Assembly: GCF_016903815.1 (NCBI RefSeq)
Contig: NZ_CP069973.1
Source: Escherichia coli
Lineage (GTDB): Bacteria; Pseudomonadota; Gammaproteobacteria; Enterobacterales; Enterobacteriaceae
Strand: one strand, 5' to 3'
DNA: 64,000 nt
Made by a program: the position numbers and the translations under genes. Position 1 is the first letter of the stretch. Each line of letters begins with the position of its first letter. Below the pieces are notes generated by a model. The model ran no database searches. It was given only the letters and a program-made list of their open reading frames with translations, and was not told the DNA's origin. Shown here piece after piece: positions 12,510 to 24,903 of the stretch.

Positions 12510-12527
12510 TGTCAATGATTGTTGACA
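12510..12527. promoter_or_regulatory. TyrR box (TGTCAA-N6-TTGACA) in the tyrR promoter, with a weaker second box at about 12552-12569
   Basis: Near-perfect palindrome tgtcaatgattgttgaca, 70-88 bp upstream of the tyrR start. Confidence 0.75.
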
Positions 12528-12597
12528 GAAACCTTCCTGCTATCCAAATAGTGTCATATCATCATATTAATTGTTCTTTTTTCAGGTGAAGGTTCCC

Positions 12598-14139
12598 ATG
12601 CGTCTGGAAGTCTTTTGTGAAGACCGACTCGGTCTGACCCGCGAATTACTCGATCTACTCGTGCTAAGAGGCATTGATTTACGCGGTATTGAGATTGACC
12701 CCATTGGGCGAATCTACCTCAATTTTGCTGAACTGGAGTTTGAGAGTTTCAGCAGTCTGATGGCCGAAATACGCCGTATTGCAGGTGTTACCGATGTCCG
12801 TACTGTCCCGTGGATGCCTTCTGAACGTGAGCATCTGGCGTTGAGCGCGTTACTGGAAGCGTTGCCTGAACCTGTGCTCTCTGTCGATATGAAAAGCAAA
12901 GTGGATATGGCGAACCCGGCGAGCTGTCAGCTTTTTGGGCAAAAATTGGATCGCCTGCGCAACCATACCGCCGCGCAATTGATTAACGGCTTTAATTTTT
13001 TGCGTTGGCTGGAAAGCGAACCGCAGGATTCGCATAACGAGCATGTCGTTATTAATGGGCAGAATTTCCTGATGGAGATTACGCCTGTTTATCTTCAGGA
13101 TGAAAATGATCAACACGTCCTGACCGGTGCGGTGGTGATGTTGCGATCAACGATTCGTATGGGTCGTCAGTTGCAAAATGTCGCCGCCCAGGACGTCAGC
13201 GCCTTTAGTCAAATTGTCGCCGTCAGCCCGAAAATGAAGCATGTTGTCGAACAGGCGCAGAAACTGGCGATGCTAAGCGCGCCATTGCTGATAACCGGTG
13301 ATACCGGCACCGGAAAAGATCTCTTTGCGTATGCCTGTCATCAGGCAAGCCCACGCGCGGGCAAACCCTATCTGGCGCTGAACTGTGCTTCTATCCCGGA
13401 AGATGCGGTCGAGAGTGAACTGTTTGGTCATGCTCCGGAAGGGAAGAAAGGGTTCTTTGAGCAGGCGAACGGTGGTTCGGTACTGCTGGATGAAATAGGT
13501 GAGATGTCACCACGGATGCAGGCGAAATTACTGCGTTTCCTTAATGATGGCACTTTCCGTCGGGTTGGCGAAGACCATGAGGTGCATGTCGATGTGCGGG
13601 TGATTTGCGCTACGCAGAAGAATCTGGTCGAACTGGTGCAAAAAGGCGTGTTCCGTGAAGATCTCTATTATCGTCTGAACGTGTTGACGCTCAATCTGCC
13701 GCCGCTACGTGACTGTCCGCAGGACATCATGCCTTTAACCGAGCTGTTCGTCGCCCGCTTTGCCGACGAGCAGGGCGTGCCGCGTCCGAAACTGGCCGCT
13801 GACCTGAATACTGTACTTACGCGTTATGCGTGGCCGGGAAATGTGCGGCAGTTAAAGAACGCTATTTATCGCGCACTAACACAACTGGACGGTTATGAGC
13901 TGCGTCCTCAGGATATTTTGTTGCCGGATTATGACGCCGCAACGGTAGCCGTGGGCGAAGATGCGATGGAAGGTTCGCTGGACGAAATCACCAGCCGTTT
14001 TGAACGCTCGGTATTAACCCAGCTTTATCGCAATTATCCCAGCACGCGCAAACTGGCAAAACGTCTCGGCGTTTCGCATACCGCGATTGCCAATAAGTTG
14101 CGGGAATATGGTCTGAGTCAGAAGAAGAACGAAGAGTAA
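12598..14139 (+). CDS. tyrR: Transcriptional regulator TyrR
   Basis: Sigma54-interaction-type AAA domain (GDTGTGKD, GAFT-like) and a C-terminal HTH. The start is at MRLEVFCEDRLG. Confidence 0.9.
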   Translation: MRLEVFCEDRLGLTRELLDLLVLRGIDLRGIEIDPIGRIYLNFAELEFESFSSLMAEIRRIAGVTDVRTVPWMPSEREHLALSALLEALPEPVLSVDMKSKVDMANPASCQLFGQKLDRLRNHTAAQLINGFNFLRWLESEPQDSHNEHVVINGQNFLMEITPVYLQDENDQHVLTGAVVMLRSTIRMGRQLQNVAAQDVSAFSQIVAVSPKMKHVVEQAQKLAMLSAPLLITGDTGTGKDLFAYACHQASPRAGKPYLALNCASIPEDAVESELFGHAPEGKKGFFEQANGGSVLLDEIGEMSPRMQAKLLRFLNDGTFRRVGEDHEVHVDVRVICATQKNLVELVQKGVFREDLYYRLNVLTLNLPPLRDCPQDIMPLTELFVARFADEQGVPRPKLAADLNTVLTRYAWPGNVRQLKNAIYRALTQLDGYELRPQDILLPDYDAATVAVGEDAMEGSLDEITSRFERSVLTQLYRNYPSTRKLAKRLGVSHTAIANKLREYGLSQKKNEE

Positions 14140-14143
14140 GCGC

Positions 14144-14180
14144 GAATATGCCTGATGGTGCAACACCATCAGGCATATTA
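14144..14180. terminator. Bidirectional rho-independent terminator between convergent tyrR and tpx
   Basis: 15-bp perfect stem atatgcctgatggtg/caccatcaggcatat flanked by A/T runs. Confidence 0.75.
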
Positions 14181-14182
14181 AC

Positions 14183-14689
14183 TTATGCTTTCAGTACAGC
14201 CAGAGCTGCTTCGTAATCCGGCTCGGTGGTGATTTCATCCACCAGTTGGCTGAAAATCACATTGTCATTTTCATCAATAACCACAACGGCACGCGCTGCC
14301 AGACCTTTCAGTGGGCCATCAGCAATTGCCACACCGTAGGCTTGCAGGAATTCAGCGTTACGGAAAGTGGAGAGGGTGATAACGTTGTTCAGACCTTCTG
14401 CGCCGCAGAAACGAGACTGGGCGAACGGCAGATCGGCAGAAATACACAGCACAACGGTGTTGTCGATCTCGGTTGCCAGTTGGTTAAACTTACGTACTGA
14501 TGCGGCGCAAACACCGGTATCAATACTCGGGAAAATGTTCAGCACTTTGCGTTTACCCGCAAACTGACCGAGGGTGACGTCAGACAGATCTTTTGCCACG
14601 AGAGTAAAAGTCTGCGCTTTGCTACCCGCCTGCGGGATGGAATTGGCGACTGTAACCGGGTTGCCCTGGAAATGAACGGTTTGTGACAT
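14183..14689 (-). CDS. tpx: Thiol peroxidase
   Basis: 168-aa peroxiredoxin (atypical 2-Cys) with conserved Cys residues. Confidence 0.9.
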   Translation of the reverse strand: MSQTVHFQGNPVTVANSIPQAGSKAQTFTLVAKDLSDVTLGQFAGKRKVLNIFPSIDTGVCAASVRKFNQLATEIDNTVVLCISADLPFAQSRFCGAEGLNNVITLSTFRNAEFLQAYGVAIADGPLKGLAARAVVVIDENDNVIFSQLVDEITTEPDYEAALAVLKA

Positions 14690-14797
14690 GATTATCTTTC
14701 CTGTTTACATATAGTTAACGTCACACCTAGTTTATGCTAACTGTCAATAACACAGCAAACGCTATTTGCGCTTAATCCGCAGACCACCGCGACAACA

Positions 14798-15747
<950 letters not shown>

Positions 15748-15773
<26 letters not shown>

Positions 15774-16476
15774 GATGCCAGCGCAGCAAGTTTGCCATCG
15801 CAAAGAGATATTTTTCGCTGGCTTCGTCGGAGGAGATGGGTGGAAACTCTGCGGTGATGCAATGCAGGTTGAGATCCGCACACCAACTGCCGAAAGAGCC
15901 AGGCGTTTCATAACCGACGCTGGTTACCAGAGGCAATTCAAACGCCTGGGCCAGCCATTCACCTAATTCGCTGTGTCTGGGATCTTCAATACAGGCCAGC
16001 GGATCGTGGAATGAGACCACCCAGGCGGGTTGAATGCGGTGTATAAGCTGGCACAGCGCCTGGGTTTCAGGTTCAGAGCCAGGTTTGTCACCTGTCAGCA
16101 ATACGACATCACGTTCTTCAGCGGCGCTGTTCCAGCGATAAACGGTTTCACCTTCCTTCCAATTCGCCGCCGGAAAGTTTCTGTTTAAATCCACACCATT
16201 AGCATTGGCCCGTAACCCCAACTGGCAGCCGTCAGGATTCACACACAGCACCACATGATGACGGCGCAAAGAAGGTGTCAACGTCCGCAGAGCACAGGAG
16301 AGCGTGACGACCGAAGAGTTTTCATCACCGTGAGTGCCAGCCAGAATCAAACCACTTTCGCGGCTGGCTGCAGGGGCAGGAAACCAGATTAACGGCGCGC
16401 CCAATAATGAACGTCCGTAATGTTCTGTTCCGGGCGGAAATGCGCCGCGTTCGGCGCGTGGGCGGGTTACGGTCAT
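15748..16476 (-). CDS. mpaA: Murein peptide amidase A (gamma-D-Glu-Dap amidase, M14 family)
   Basis: 242 aa from MTVTRPRAERG with a zinc carboxypeptidase-like HxxE motif. Confidence 0.85.
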
Positions 16477-16571
16477 GATCGTCTCTGGTTCAGGAAGTAT
16501 TACAGGCAGTGTTGTGCAAATTTTGCGGATTATCAAATCCTTTTCTTCAACGCTATGTCATCGATCTTGTA

Positions 16572-16601
16572 TCACTTTTTTGCCGGAAGTTGTTTGCATT
16601 T
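16572..16601. promoter_or_regulatory. Conserved 30-bp motif, copy 1 (mpaA upstream region)
   Basis: tcacttttttgccggaagttgtttgcattt matches 19683..19712 at 28 of 30 positions. Confidence 0.5.
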
Positions 16602-16766
16602 TCATTGATGTGCAGATATTAGAATTGTCGTAATGTTATATACATGGCGTATTTTATTCTTACTGGTTCTACACATGTTAATCGCATCTGATTGATCAGT
16701 TCACCTTAATAAGTTTAATAAATCGTACTGCACATAGTACAGTACGAAGGTAGCTATATAATTGAT

Positions 16767-17405
16767 TTACATGAAGAATGGCTTATCGCCATCAGTCCCG
16801 GGCTGATTGATGCCTATATTCTCACCAATGTGTTTCTCAGGTTTATCGATGATATCTGTAATTAATGCTGCGACACTCTTACGTGATACGATCGTACCTT
16901 TGAATGGTTCATTGCGTGAGGTAAGCTCATAATCAATAATATCTTCATCGGTCAGCCAGGCAGGGCGAAGAATTGTATATTCCAGTCCAGAAGCCTCAAT
17001 TGCATCCGCAGCCCTGCGGAATGGTTTTAGGGGCTCACAAATAACTGCATTATTCCATTCGCCAAATTTTCCTGGAACTTCATCATAAATACCGAGGGAA
17101 AGAACAAAGATCAGACGTTTAACATCACAGGCTTTCATCGCAGCGATCACTGAATTTGCCTGAATATCTAAATCTTCCCCCGTAAGGTTGGCATACACAA
17201 CATCCTGTCCCTGCATGGCCTGCTTCAGTGCTGCATGATTCAGTACATCCCCCATAATAATCTTGCTATTAGTTGGATAGGGTTTGTGGATTTTTGCTGG
17301 CTGACGGGCAAATAAAGTTTGTTTAATGGTTTGTTTATCTGCCAGTTGATTAATCACATGGCGGGCTATCTGACCGCCAGCACCAAGAATCAGTACATTT
17401 TTCAT
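16767..17405 (-). CDS. ymjC: NAD(P)-binding (NmrA/SDR-like) protein, apparently full length
   Basis: N-terminal GAGGQIA Rossmann motif, 212 aa. A 7-bp inverted repeat follows the stop at 16724-16746. Confidence 0.7.
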   Translation of the reverse strand: MKNVLILGAGGQIARHVINQLADKQTIKQTLFARQPAKIHKPYPTNSKIIMGDVLNHAALKQAMQGQDVVYANLTGEDLDIQANSVIAAMKACDVKRLIFVLSLGIYDEVPGKFGEWNNAVICEPLKPFRRAADAIEASGLEYTILRPAWLTDEDIIDYELTSRNEPFKGTIVSRKSVAALITDIIDKPEKHIGENIGINQPGTDGDKPFFM

Positions 17406-17475
17406 GAAACTTTTCCCAGATTATTGGCAGCAATATGCCAGGCCATATCACTATTACGGATTTGAATATGTTTCA

Positions 17476-18396
17476 TTACAGAGTTTCCTCAAAGAACGGC
17501 GCTAATACTGAAATTGCTTCAGCCACATAGACTTTGCCGTCATAAAGATCCATATGGTTTGCGCCTTCAACAATGTGATAGCGTTTATCCTGGCTTGATG
17601 CTCGATCGTACAGGTCGTCACTCATCCATTTGCTCCCTGCCTGGCTGCCCGCCACAATCTGTATCGGCTGAGTCAGGTACACTTCCGCCATATGGTAAGC
17701 ATCATAGGTAATAATCTGGTTAAGGCTGCGCAAAGTAGCGTAACCCGGTGCTGTTGGATACTGCGCGCGAGGGGTGTGGTAATACTCCCAGGCCTGACGC
17801 AGTTCTTCGTTCGGCGCATCGGACTCCTTCATTGGTGCCAGTGGCATGGTGGCGTATTCTCCGCTGCTAATATCGCTGGTTCGGGCGTTTGAACCCGCGT
17901 CAACGTATGGTAGGGCATCAATAGATTTCACATTGTTTTCCCAACCATTACGGAACATCGAACCAATATTGACCGCACTAACAGTACCGATGGCCTTGAT
18001 GCGGCGATCCTGAATTGCAGCATTGGCTGTATATCCTGCACCGGCACAAATTCCCATCGCACCAATTCGGCTATTGTCGACATAAGAAAGCGTTGTCAGA
18101 TAATCAATCACGGCACTGACGTCTTCAGTACGAATGTATGGGTTTTCTAACTGACGCGGCTCGCCGCCGCTTTCACCTTGATAAGATGCGTCATAAGCAA
18201 TAGTGACAAATCCCTTTTCCGCCAGTTTTTCGGCATAGGTTCCAGCCGTTTGCTCTTTAACGCCCCCACCTGGGTGAGATACCACAATTGCCGGATACTG
18301 ACGGGTTTCATCAAATTTTGGAGGGAAATAGATCACTGCAGACAAAGAGATGGTTGGATTATTGCTGTTAGTGAAGCTGACTTTATTATTCATCAT
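17476..18396 (-). CDS. ycjY: Alpha/beta hydrolase (dienelactone hydrolase / S9-like)
   Basis: 306 aa from MMNNKVSF with a GxCxG nucleophile elbow (GICAGAG). Confidence 0.8.
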   Translation of the reverse strand: MMNNKVSFTNSNNPTISLSAVIYFPPKFDETRQYPAIVVSHPGGGVKEQTAGTYAEKLAEKGFVTIAYDASYQGESGGEPRQLENPYIRTEDVSAVIDYLTTLSYVDNSRIGAMGICAGAGYTANAAIQDRRIKAIGTVSAVNIGSMFRNGWENNVKSIDALPYVDAGSNARTSDISSGEYATMPLAPMKESDAPNEELRQAWEYYHTPRAQYPTAPGYATLRSLNQIITYDAYHMAEVYLTQPIQIVAGSQAGSKWMSDDLYDRASSQDKRYHIVEGANHMDLYDGKVYVAEAISVLAPFFEETL

Positions 18397-18533
18397 TCCG
18401 TTCCTCATGGAGTTGTCGGTTCGTTTTAACGGTTGGTGATATCACTATAGATATTGATCATTAAGTTGATTAGACCCAAAATCATGATTAGACCTATCAT
18501 TTAAATGATTAATAGATTGTATGGAGATACTGA

Positions 18534-19433
18534 ATGAAGCGTGAAGAAATCGCTGATCTGATGGCGTTTGTCGTCGTTGCAGAGGAGCGTAGCTTCACTC
18601 GCGCAGCAGCCCGCCTGAGCATGGCGCAGTCAGCTTTAAGCCAGATAGTGCGCCGTATAGAAGAACGATTGGGATTGCGGCTTCTGACACGAACCACGCG
18701 CAGCGTTGTACCCACTGAAGCGGGCGAGCATCTTTTGTCTGTTCTTGGCCCTATGTTGCATGACATAGATTCTGCCCTGACATCCCTGAGCGATCTGCAG
18801 AACCGCCCATCCGGGACAATACGTATTACTACTGTAGAACATGCAGCAAAAACGATATTGTTACCAGCTATGCGCACATTCCTGAAATCGCATCCTGAAA
18901 TTGATATCCAGCTTACCATTGATTATGGTTTGACCGATGTCGTTTCTGAACGTTTTGATGCAGGCGTCCGTCTGGGTGGGGAGATGGATAAAGATATGAT
19001 CGCCATTCGAATCGGGCCAGATATACCAATGGCTATTGTTGGCTCACCGGATTATTTTTCTCGTCGAAGTGCTCCAACGTCAGTGTCACAATTAATAGAT
19101 CATCAGGCAATTAATTTGTATCTTCCCACATCGGGTACAGCAAATCGCTGGAGATTAATACGCGGTGGACGTGAAGTTCGTGTTCGCATGGAAGGTCAGC
19201 TTTTACTGAATACGATAGACCTGATCATTGATGCTGCAATTGATGGGCATGGATTGGCGTATCTACCTTATGATCAGGTTGAGCGGGCTATTAAAGAAAA
19301 AAAACTGATACGTGTTTTGGATAAATTCACACCAGATTTACCCGGTTATCACCTGTACTATCCACACCGTCGACATGCTGGCTCGGCATTCTCATTATTT
19401 ATAGATAGGCTGAAGTATAAAGGTGCTGTTTAG
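18534..19433 (+). CDS. ycjZ: LysR-family transcriptional regulator
   Basis: N-terminal LysR HTH (FVVVAEERSFTRAAARLSMAQSALSQ), 299 aa. Confidence 0.85.
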   Translation: MKREEIADLMAFVVVAEERSFTRAAARLSMAQSALSQIVRRIEERLGLRLLTRTTRSVVPTEAGEHLLSVLGPMLHDIDSALTSLSDLQNRPSGTIRITTVEHAAKTILLPAMRTFLKSHPEIDIQLTIDYGLTDVVSERFDAGVRLGGEMDKDMIAIRIGPDIPMAIVGSPDYFSRRSAPTSVSQLIDHQAINLYLPTSGTANRWRLIRGGREVRVRMEGQLLLNTIDLIIDAAIDGHGLAYLPYDQVERAIKEKKLIRVLDKFTPDLPGYHLYYPHRRHAGSAFSLFIDRLKYKGAV

Positions 19434-19682
19434 CACTACTTGCTGATACATTAATTTAATTCTTCTCTTAACGTATTCTCAGTTCCTTTCAACGTTTTGG
19501 TCATTTTTTATTCTTCGTACAATGGCGACAGATGCTGATTATGATACCGAAAACGGGTTTGAACGTGCGAAGCCCGAACGTAGTGTTCGGAGTTCTATGT
19601 GCTTTACCGCATTTTGGAGACTATTATTTACACTAAATCTGATTTGATATATTGATACTTAAAACATTTGATGCTTCCTTTG

Positions 19683-19712
19683 TCACTTTTTTGATGGAAG
19701 TTGTTTGCATTT
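19683..19712. promoter_or_regulatory. Conserved 30-bp motif, copy 2 (mppA upstream region)
   Basis: tcacttttttgatggaagttgtttgcattt lies 58-87 bp upstream of the mppA ATG. Confidence 0.5.
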
Positions 19713-19769
19713 CTTTAAGGCGAAACAAATAATTACGCATCAATTTTAATGTCGGTTAGAGGGAAACTT

Positions 19770-21383
19770 ATGAAGCACTCTGTTTCAGTCACGTGTTGTG
19801 CGCTGTTGGTCAGCAGCATTTCTCTTTCGTATGCTGCTGAAGTTCCGAGCGGCACAGTACTGGCAGAGAAGCAGGAGCTGGTGCGCCACATTAAAGATGA
19901 GCCAGCGTCTCTGGATCCCGCTAAAGCCGTGGGCCTGCCGGAGATTCAGGTCATTCGCGATCTGTTTGAAGGACTGGTGAATCAGAACGAGAAAGGGGAG
20001 ATTGTCCCCGGCGTTGCGACTCAGTGGAAAAGTAATGACAACCGTATTTGGACTTTTACCCTGCGCGATAACGCAAAATGGGCGGATGGCACACCGGTAA
20101 CGGCGCAAGATTTTGTCTACAGCTGGCAACGTCTGGTGGACCCAAAAACATTGTCGCCATTTGCATGGTTTGCCGCGCTGGCGGGAATCAACAACGCACA
20201 GGCGATTATTGATGGTAAAGCCACGCCTGACCAGCTTGGCGTCACCGCAGTTGATGCCCATACTTTGAAAATCCAGCTTGATAAACCGTTGCCGTGGTTT
20301 GTGAATTTAACCGCTAACTTTGCCTTCTTCCCGGTGCAAAAAGCCAACGTAGAAAGTAGTAAAGAGTGGACGAAACCCGGAAAACTGATCGGTAATGGCG
20401 CTTATGTTCTTAAAGAGCGCGTAGTCAATGAAAAACTGGTCGTGGTACCGAATACCCATTATTGGGATAACGCCAAAACGGTGCTGCAAAAAGTGACCTT
20501 CCTGCCAATTAATCAGGAATCCGCAGCCACTAAGCGTTATCTCGCGGGGGATATTGATATCACCGAATCCTTCCCGAAAAATATGTATCAGAAGCTGTTG
20601 AAGGATATTCCGGGGCAGGTTTATACGCCGCCGCAGCTCGGGACCTATTATTATGCGTTTAACACGCAAAAAGGGCCGACGGCCGATCAGCGTGTTCGCC
20701 TGGCATTAAGTATGACGATAGATCGCCGCCTGATGACCGAAAAAGTGTTGGGGACGGGGGAAAAGCCAGCGTGGCATTTTACACCAGATGTTACTGCCGG
20801 TTTTACGCCGGAGCCTTCGCCGTTTGAACAAATGAGTCAGGAAGAACTGAATGCGCAGGCAAAAACTTTGTTGAGCGCAGCTGGTTATGGTCCGCAAAAA
20901 CCGCTGAAGCTGACGCTTTTGTATAACACTTCAGAAAACCATCAAAAAATTGCGATTGCTGTAGCATCGATGTGGAAAAAGAACCTTGGCGTAGATGTTA
21001 AATTGCAGAATCAGGAATGGAAAACCTATATCGATAGCCGTAACACCGGCAATTTTGATGTTATCCGCGCCTCATGGGTAGGGGATTATAATGAACCCTC
21101 CACTTTCCTTACGTTGTTAACGTCAACGCATTCAGGGAATATTTCACGCTTTAACAATCCGGCATACGACAAAGTACTGGCCCAGGCATCAACGGAAAAT
21201 ACCGTTAAAGCGCGTAATGCCGATTACAATGCGGCAGAAAAAATCCTCATGGAGCAAGCACCGATTGCACCAATTTATCAATATACCAATGGACGATTAA
21301 TCAAGCCGTGGCTGAAAGGTTATCCCATTAATAACCCGGAAGATGTGGCGTACAGTCGGACTATGTATATTGTGAAGCATTGA
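19770..21383 (+). CDS. mppA: Periplasmic murein tripeptide-binding protein
   Basis: OppA-family SBP with a signal peptide. The start is at MKHSVSV, preceded by a GAGGGA RBS. Confidence 0.9.
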   Translation: MKHSVSVTCCALLVSSISLSYAAEVPSGTVLAEKQELVRHIKDEPASLDPAKAVGLPEIQVIRDLFEGLVNQNEKGEIVPGVATQWKSNDNRIWTFTLRDNAKWADGTPVTAQDFVYSWQRLVDPKTLSPFAWFAALAGINNAQAIIDGKATPDQLGVTAVDAHTLKIQLDKPLPWFVNLTANFAFFPVQKANVESSKEWTKPGKLIGNGAYVLKERVVNEKLVVVPNTHYWDNAKTVLQKVTFLPINQESAATKRYLAGDIDITESFPKNMYQKLLKDIPGQVYTPPQLGTYYYAFNTQKGPTADQRVRLALSMTIDRRLMTEKVLGTGEKPAWHFTPDVTAGFTPEPSPFEQMSQEELNAQAKTLLSAAGYGPQKPLKLTLLYNTSENHQKIAIAVASMWKKNLGVDVKLQNQEWKTYIDSRNTGNFDVIRASWVGDYNEPSTFLTLLTSTHSGNISRFNNPAYDKVLAQASTENTVKARNADYNAAEKILMEQAPIAPIYQYTNGRLIKPWLKGYPINNPEDVAYSRTMYIVKH

Positions 21384-21433
21384 TGTGATGGGAATTGGCG
21401 TTACCCTTGTGGATAACGCCAGTGATGTCTGAT

Positions 21434-22465
21434 TTAGCGACCCTGGTCCGGCGGTGTAATGTTATCCATATACAGCGTCTGGCTGGGGAAGGCAAAGTCC
21501 GCGCCGTGTGACTGTACAATATCGATAATCTTCAAATAAACGTCTTGCTGTGCAGCAAGCCATTCAGCCCATACCGTGGTTTTGGTAAAGCAATAAACCA
21601 TAATATTCAATGAGGAGTCAGCAAACTGGTTGAAATAAACCAGTAAGGTTTGTCGCTGGTCAATGGCCGGGTGATTTTTCAGCATCTCACGTACGGCTTC
21701 GACAATAACGCCCACTTTTGCCGCATCCTCATAACGTAAACCAATGGTCGTGGTAATGCGCCGGTTGGTCATTCGTCCTGGGTTTTCTACGCTGATTGAC
21801 GAAAACAGCGAGTTCGGTACGTACAACGGACGATTATCAAAAGTCGTAATCTTGGTAATTCGCCAGCCAATTTCCGATACTGTACCTTCGATATTTCTGT
21901 CCGGTGAACGGATCCAGTCGCCAATACTAAAAGGACGGTCGAAATAGAGCATAATCCCGGAAAAGAAGTTACTCAGAATATCTTTACCGGCCATACCGAC
22001 AGCCAGACCACCAATACCACCAAAGGTCAACAAGCCAGAAAGGCTCATGCCGAAATGTTCGCCATAAAGCAGAACAAGCACCACAATAATGGTGATTTTG
22101 ATGATACGCGACATAATCCGCGCACTGGTGATATCGCGACCTTTTTTAATCTGCTGTTTTTCAAACTGATTTATCAGCAGAAATAGTTTAATCGTCAGAA
22201 TAACCGCAATCAGGGACGTACAGATAAAATCGATAACGCCTGGGGTGATAAATTTGAGTTTATAGTTTTCTATAACATAATTAATGATGCTACCAACAGC
22301 ACTGATAATTATGGTGTAGATTAAAAATTGCACCGCATGGAATAAAAATCCTTTTCTTTTACGATTTCCGCGGCGAAACCAAAAGCTCATCAGAATCAAT
22401 GCTGCGCAGCTACCGAAAATAATGACCAGATTAAGCGCATTATTTGTAAACAGTTCAGCGATCAT
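21434..22465 (-). CDS. ynaI: MscS-family mechanosensitive channel
   Basis: 343 aa with N-terminal TM helices and an MscS beta domain. Confidence 0.85.
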   Translation of the reverse strand: MIAELFTNNALNLVIIFGSCAALILMSFWFRRGNRKRKGFLFHAVQFLIYTIIISAVGSIINYVIENYKLKFITPGVIDFICTSLIAVILTIKLFLLINQFEKQQIKKGRDITSARIMSRIIKITIIVVLVLLYGEHFGMSLSGLLTFGGIGGLAVGMAGKDILSNFFSGIMLYFDRPFSIGDWIRSPDRNIEGTVSEIGWRITKITTFDNRPLYVPNSLFSSISVENPGRMTNRRITTTIGLRYEDAAKVGVIVEAVREMLKNHPAIDQRQTLLVYFNQFADSSLNIMVYCFTKTTVWAEWLAAQQDVYLKIIDIVQSHGADFAFPSQTLYMDNITPPDQGR

Positions 22466-22708
22466 TGTTTTATCAGGCTCCTCCAGATAATTGTCGTCAT
22501 GCCGGAAACCCCTGGCGGGGCTATTTTACCGCGACAATTCATTCAGATCATCAATAGTCAGGGAAGGAAGTAGCAACATTAGCTAACTAATCAATGCGTT
22601 GATTGTAAATCCAGCTAAGAGGTGAGGTTTTCAGAGCAGACAACGGTAAAATGTCATGGTATTGTTATGTTTAGGTAACAAGAAATTTGTCTGCACAAGG
22701 ATTACATC

Positions 22709-22966
22709 ATGATTATGGCGAAACTGAAGTCAGCGAAAGGGAAGAAATTTCTCTTTGGTTTGTTGGCGGTTTTCATTATTGCGGCGTCGGTTGTGACTCG
22801 CGCGACCATCGGCGGCGTGATAGAACAGTACAATATTCCGCTGTCTGAGTGGACGACATCAATGTATGTGATTCAGTCATCGATGATTTTTGTTTATAGC
22901 CTGGTCTTTACTGTGTTACTGGCAATCCCGTTGGGAATTTATTTCCTTGGCGGCGAAGAGCAGTAA
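22709..22966 (+). CDS. ynaJ: Small inner-membrane protein (DUF2534)
   Basis: 85 aa with two TM segments, divergent from ynaI. Confidence 0.75.
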   Translation: MIMAKLKSAKGKKFLFGLLAVFIIAASVVTRATIGGVIEQYNIPLSEWTTSMYVIQSSMIFVYSLVFTVLLAIPLGIYFLGGEEQ

Positions 22967-22971
22967 GTAAA

Positions 22972-23000
22972 AAATAGGCCCGTTAACTCGGGCCTTGTCA
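22972..23000. terminator. Terminator hairpin between convergent ynaJ and uspE
   Basis: Stem aggcccg/cgggcct with an A-run upstream and a T-rich tract downstream. Confidence 0.65.
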
Positions 23001-23015
23001 GTTATTGAAGAGTCG

Positions 23016-23966
23016 TTAATCGTCTTCTTCGTCATCCAGTTCAACGGGTGTCTGATATTGGTCAGGTTTAATGACCAGCAGGTCGCAGCGAAGATGATCA
23101 ATCACCTGTTCCGCCGTGTTGCCGAGGAATGCTGCTGAAATACCGGTGCGTCCGACCGTGCCCAGAACCACAATCCCCGCCTGTAAATGCTCCGCCAAAT
23201 CAGGAATCACCTCTTCTGGCAGACCTTTTTCTACGTGCGTCATGTTTTCATTAATGCCGAATTTCTGCCGCAGGGCTTTCATTGCCAGCAAATGTTGCCC
23301 ACGAATGGCATCGTTATAAACGCTCGGATCAAATTCCGGCAGTTCAATCGCGATATTAATTGGCGTTACCGGATAAGCGCCAACCAGATGAACTTCGGTA
23401 TGGTTGACTTGTTCCGCCAGTTCGATCGTCTCTTTGACCAGTTTTTCATTGAGCGCATTATGGTACGGCTCTTCACTGGCGAGATTCACCGCCACCAGCG
23501 CCTTACCCCCTTCCGGCCACGGCTGGTCTTTCACCATCCACACCGGGCTTGGGCATTTGCGTAACAGATGCCAGTCCGTTGGCGTAAAAATCACCGCTTC
23601 CAGACGGTCATGTTGGTGCGCCATTTTTAGCACCAAATCGTGCCCGCCGCTGATCACTTCCTGAATGATGGCTTCGAAAGGACGGTTATGCCAGACCACT
23701 TTAATTTCAATGGGAACGCCAGCATTGAGATAATATTTTGCCTGCTCGTGGATCCAGGCTGTACGCTGGCTGATGACGCCCTGACGCATAGCGGTACGTT
23801 CGTCCGGGGAGAGCAGGGTAGTCATTTCGTATGAGAAGTCATAGATCGGCAAAAAGGCTTTAATTTTGCCACCAATCCGTTGATGTAAATAAACAGCTCG
23901 CCGCAATGCTGGTTGGTCGTCCTGGTTAGGATCGATAACAACGAGCATGTTCTGATACATAGCCAT
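23016..23966 (-). CDS. uspE: Universal stress protein E (tandem Usp domains)
   Basis: 316 aa from [12 protein letters not shown] with two UspA domains. Confidence 0.9.
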   Translation of the reverse strand: MAMYQNMLVVIDPNQDDQPALRRAVYLHQRIGGKIKAFLPIYDFSYEMTTLLSPDERTAMRQGVISQRTAWIHEQAKYYLNAGVPIEIKVVWHNRPFEAIIQEVISGGHDLVLKMAHQHDRLEAVIFTPTDWHLLRKCPSPVWMVKDQPWPEGGKALVAVNLASEEPYHNALNEKLVKETIELAEQVNHTEVHLVGAYPVTPINIAIELPEFDPSVYNDAIRGQHLLAMKALRQKFGINENMTHVEKGLPEEVIPDLAEHLQAGIVVLGTVGRTGISAAFLGNTAEQVIDHLRCDLLVIKPDQYQTPVELDDEEDD

Positions 23967-24117
23967 ACAGGGTCTCCTTACAACAACTGTCAACGCAGTT
24001 TGTAATTAAAAGATTAACCCATATCTGGTGAATGAAACAGTGATGAACCTTCTGCCAGATCAATAAATCAGAAAAATTTAATGATATGACAGAAGGATAG
24101 TGAGTTATGCGGAAAAA

Positions 24118-24870
24118 TCAGGCAACGTTACGCGTATGACCAGCAAGCTGGGCCAGCGCGTCGTTATTTTCGATGGTGATGTATTTACCTTTGACTGCCA
24201 GCATACCGCTTTTCTGGAAGCGACCCAGCAGACGGCTGATGGTTTCTACCGTCAGGCCCAGATAGTTACCGATATCGCCACGAGTCATCGTCAGGCGGAA
24301 TTCACGAGGGGAGAAGCCGCGTTGGGCAAAACGACGGGACAGGTTGTAGATGAATGCTGCCAGACGTTCCTCGGCATTTTTCTTCGACAACAGCAGGATC
24401 ATGTCCTGATCGCCTTTGATTTCACCGCTCATCAGACGCATCATCTGCTGACGCAGATTCGGCATTTTACCAGACAAATCGTCCAGCGTTTCGAACGGGA
24501 TTTCACATACCATCGAGGTTTCCAGCGCCTGCGCGAAGCTCGGGTGATGACCGCTGCCGATAGCGTCAAATCCCACCAGGTCGCCTGCTAAATGGAAACC
24601 AGTGATTTGCTCGTCGCCTTGCTCAGTGATGGTATAACTTTTAATCGTACCGGAGCGGATGGCATAAAGCGATTTAAGTTCATCTCCAGCCTTAAACAGC
24701 GTCTGGCCTTTCTGAATAGGCTTCTTCCGCTCAATGATATTATCAAGCTGATCAAGCTCATGTTCGTTGAGTGTGAACGGGATGCAAAGCTGGCTGATGC
24801 TGCAATCCTGGCAATGGATAGCACAACCGCCAGACTGAATGCGCCGTATAATTCGCTTTTCCGGGATCAT
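24118..24870 (-). CDS. fnr: Fumarate/nitrate reduction regulator FNR
   Basis: 250 aa from [10 protein letters not shown]. It has an N-terminal Cys cluster ([14 protein letters not shown]) and a CRP-family HTH. Confidence 0.95.
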
Positions 24871-24889
24871 AGGTCTGCTCAAGCCGTAA

Positions 24890-24903
24890 TTGATATTTGT
24901 CAA
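24890..24903. promoter_or_regulatory. FNR box (TTGAT-N4-GTCAA) at the fnr promoter (autoregulation)
   Basis: ttgatatttgtcaa lies 20-33 bp upstream of the fnr start codon. Confidence 0.75.
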
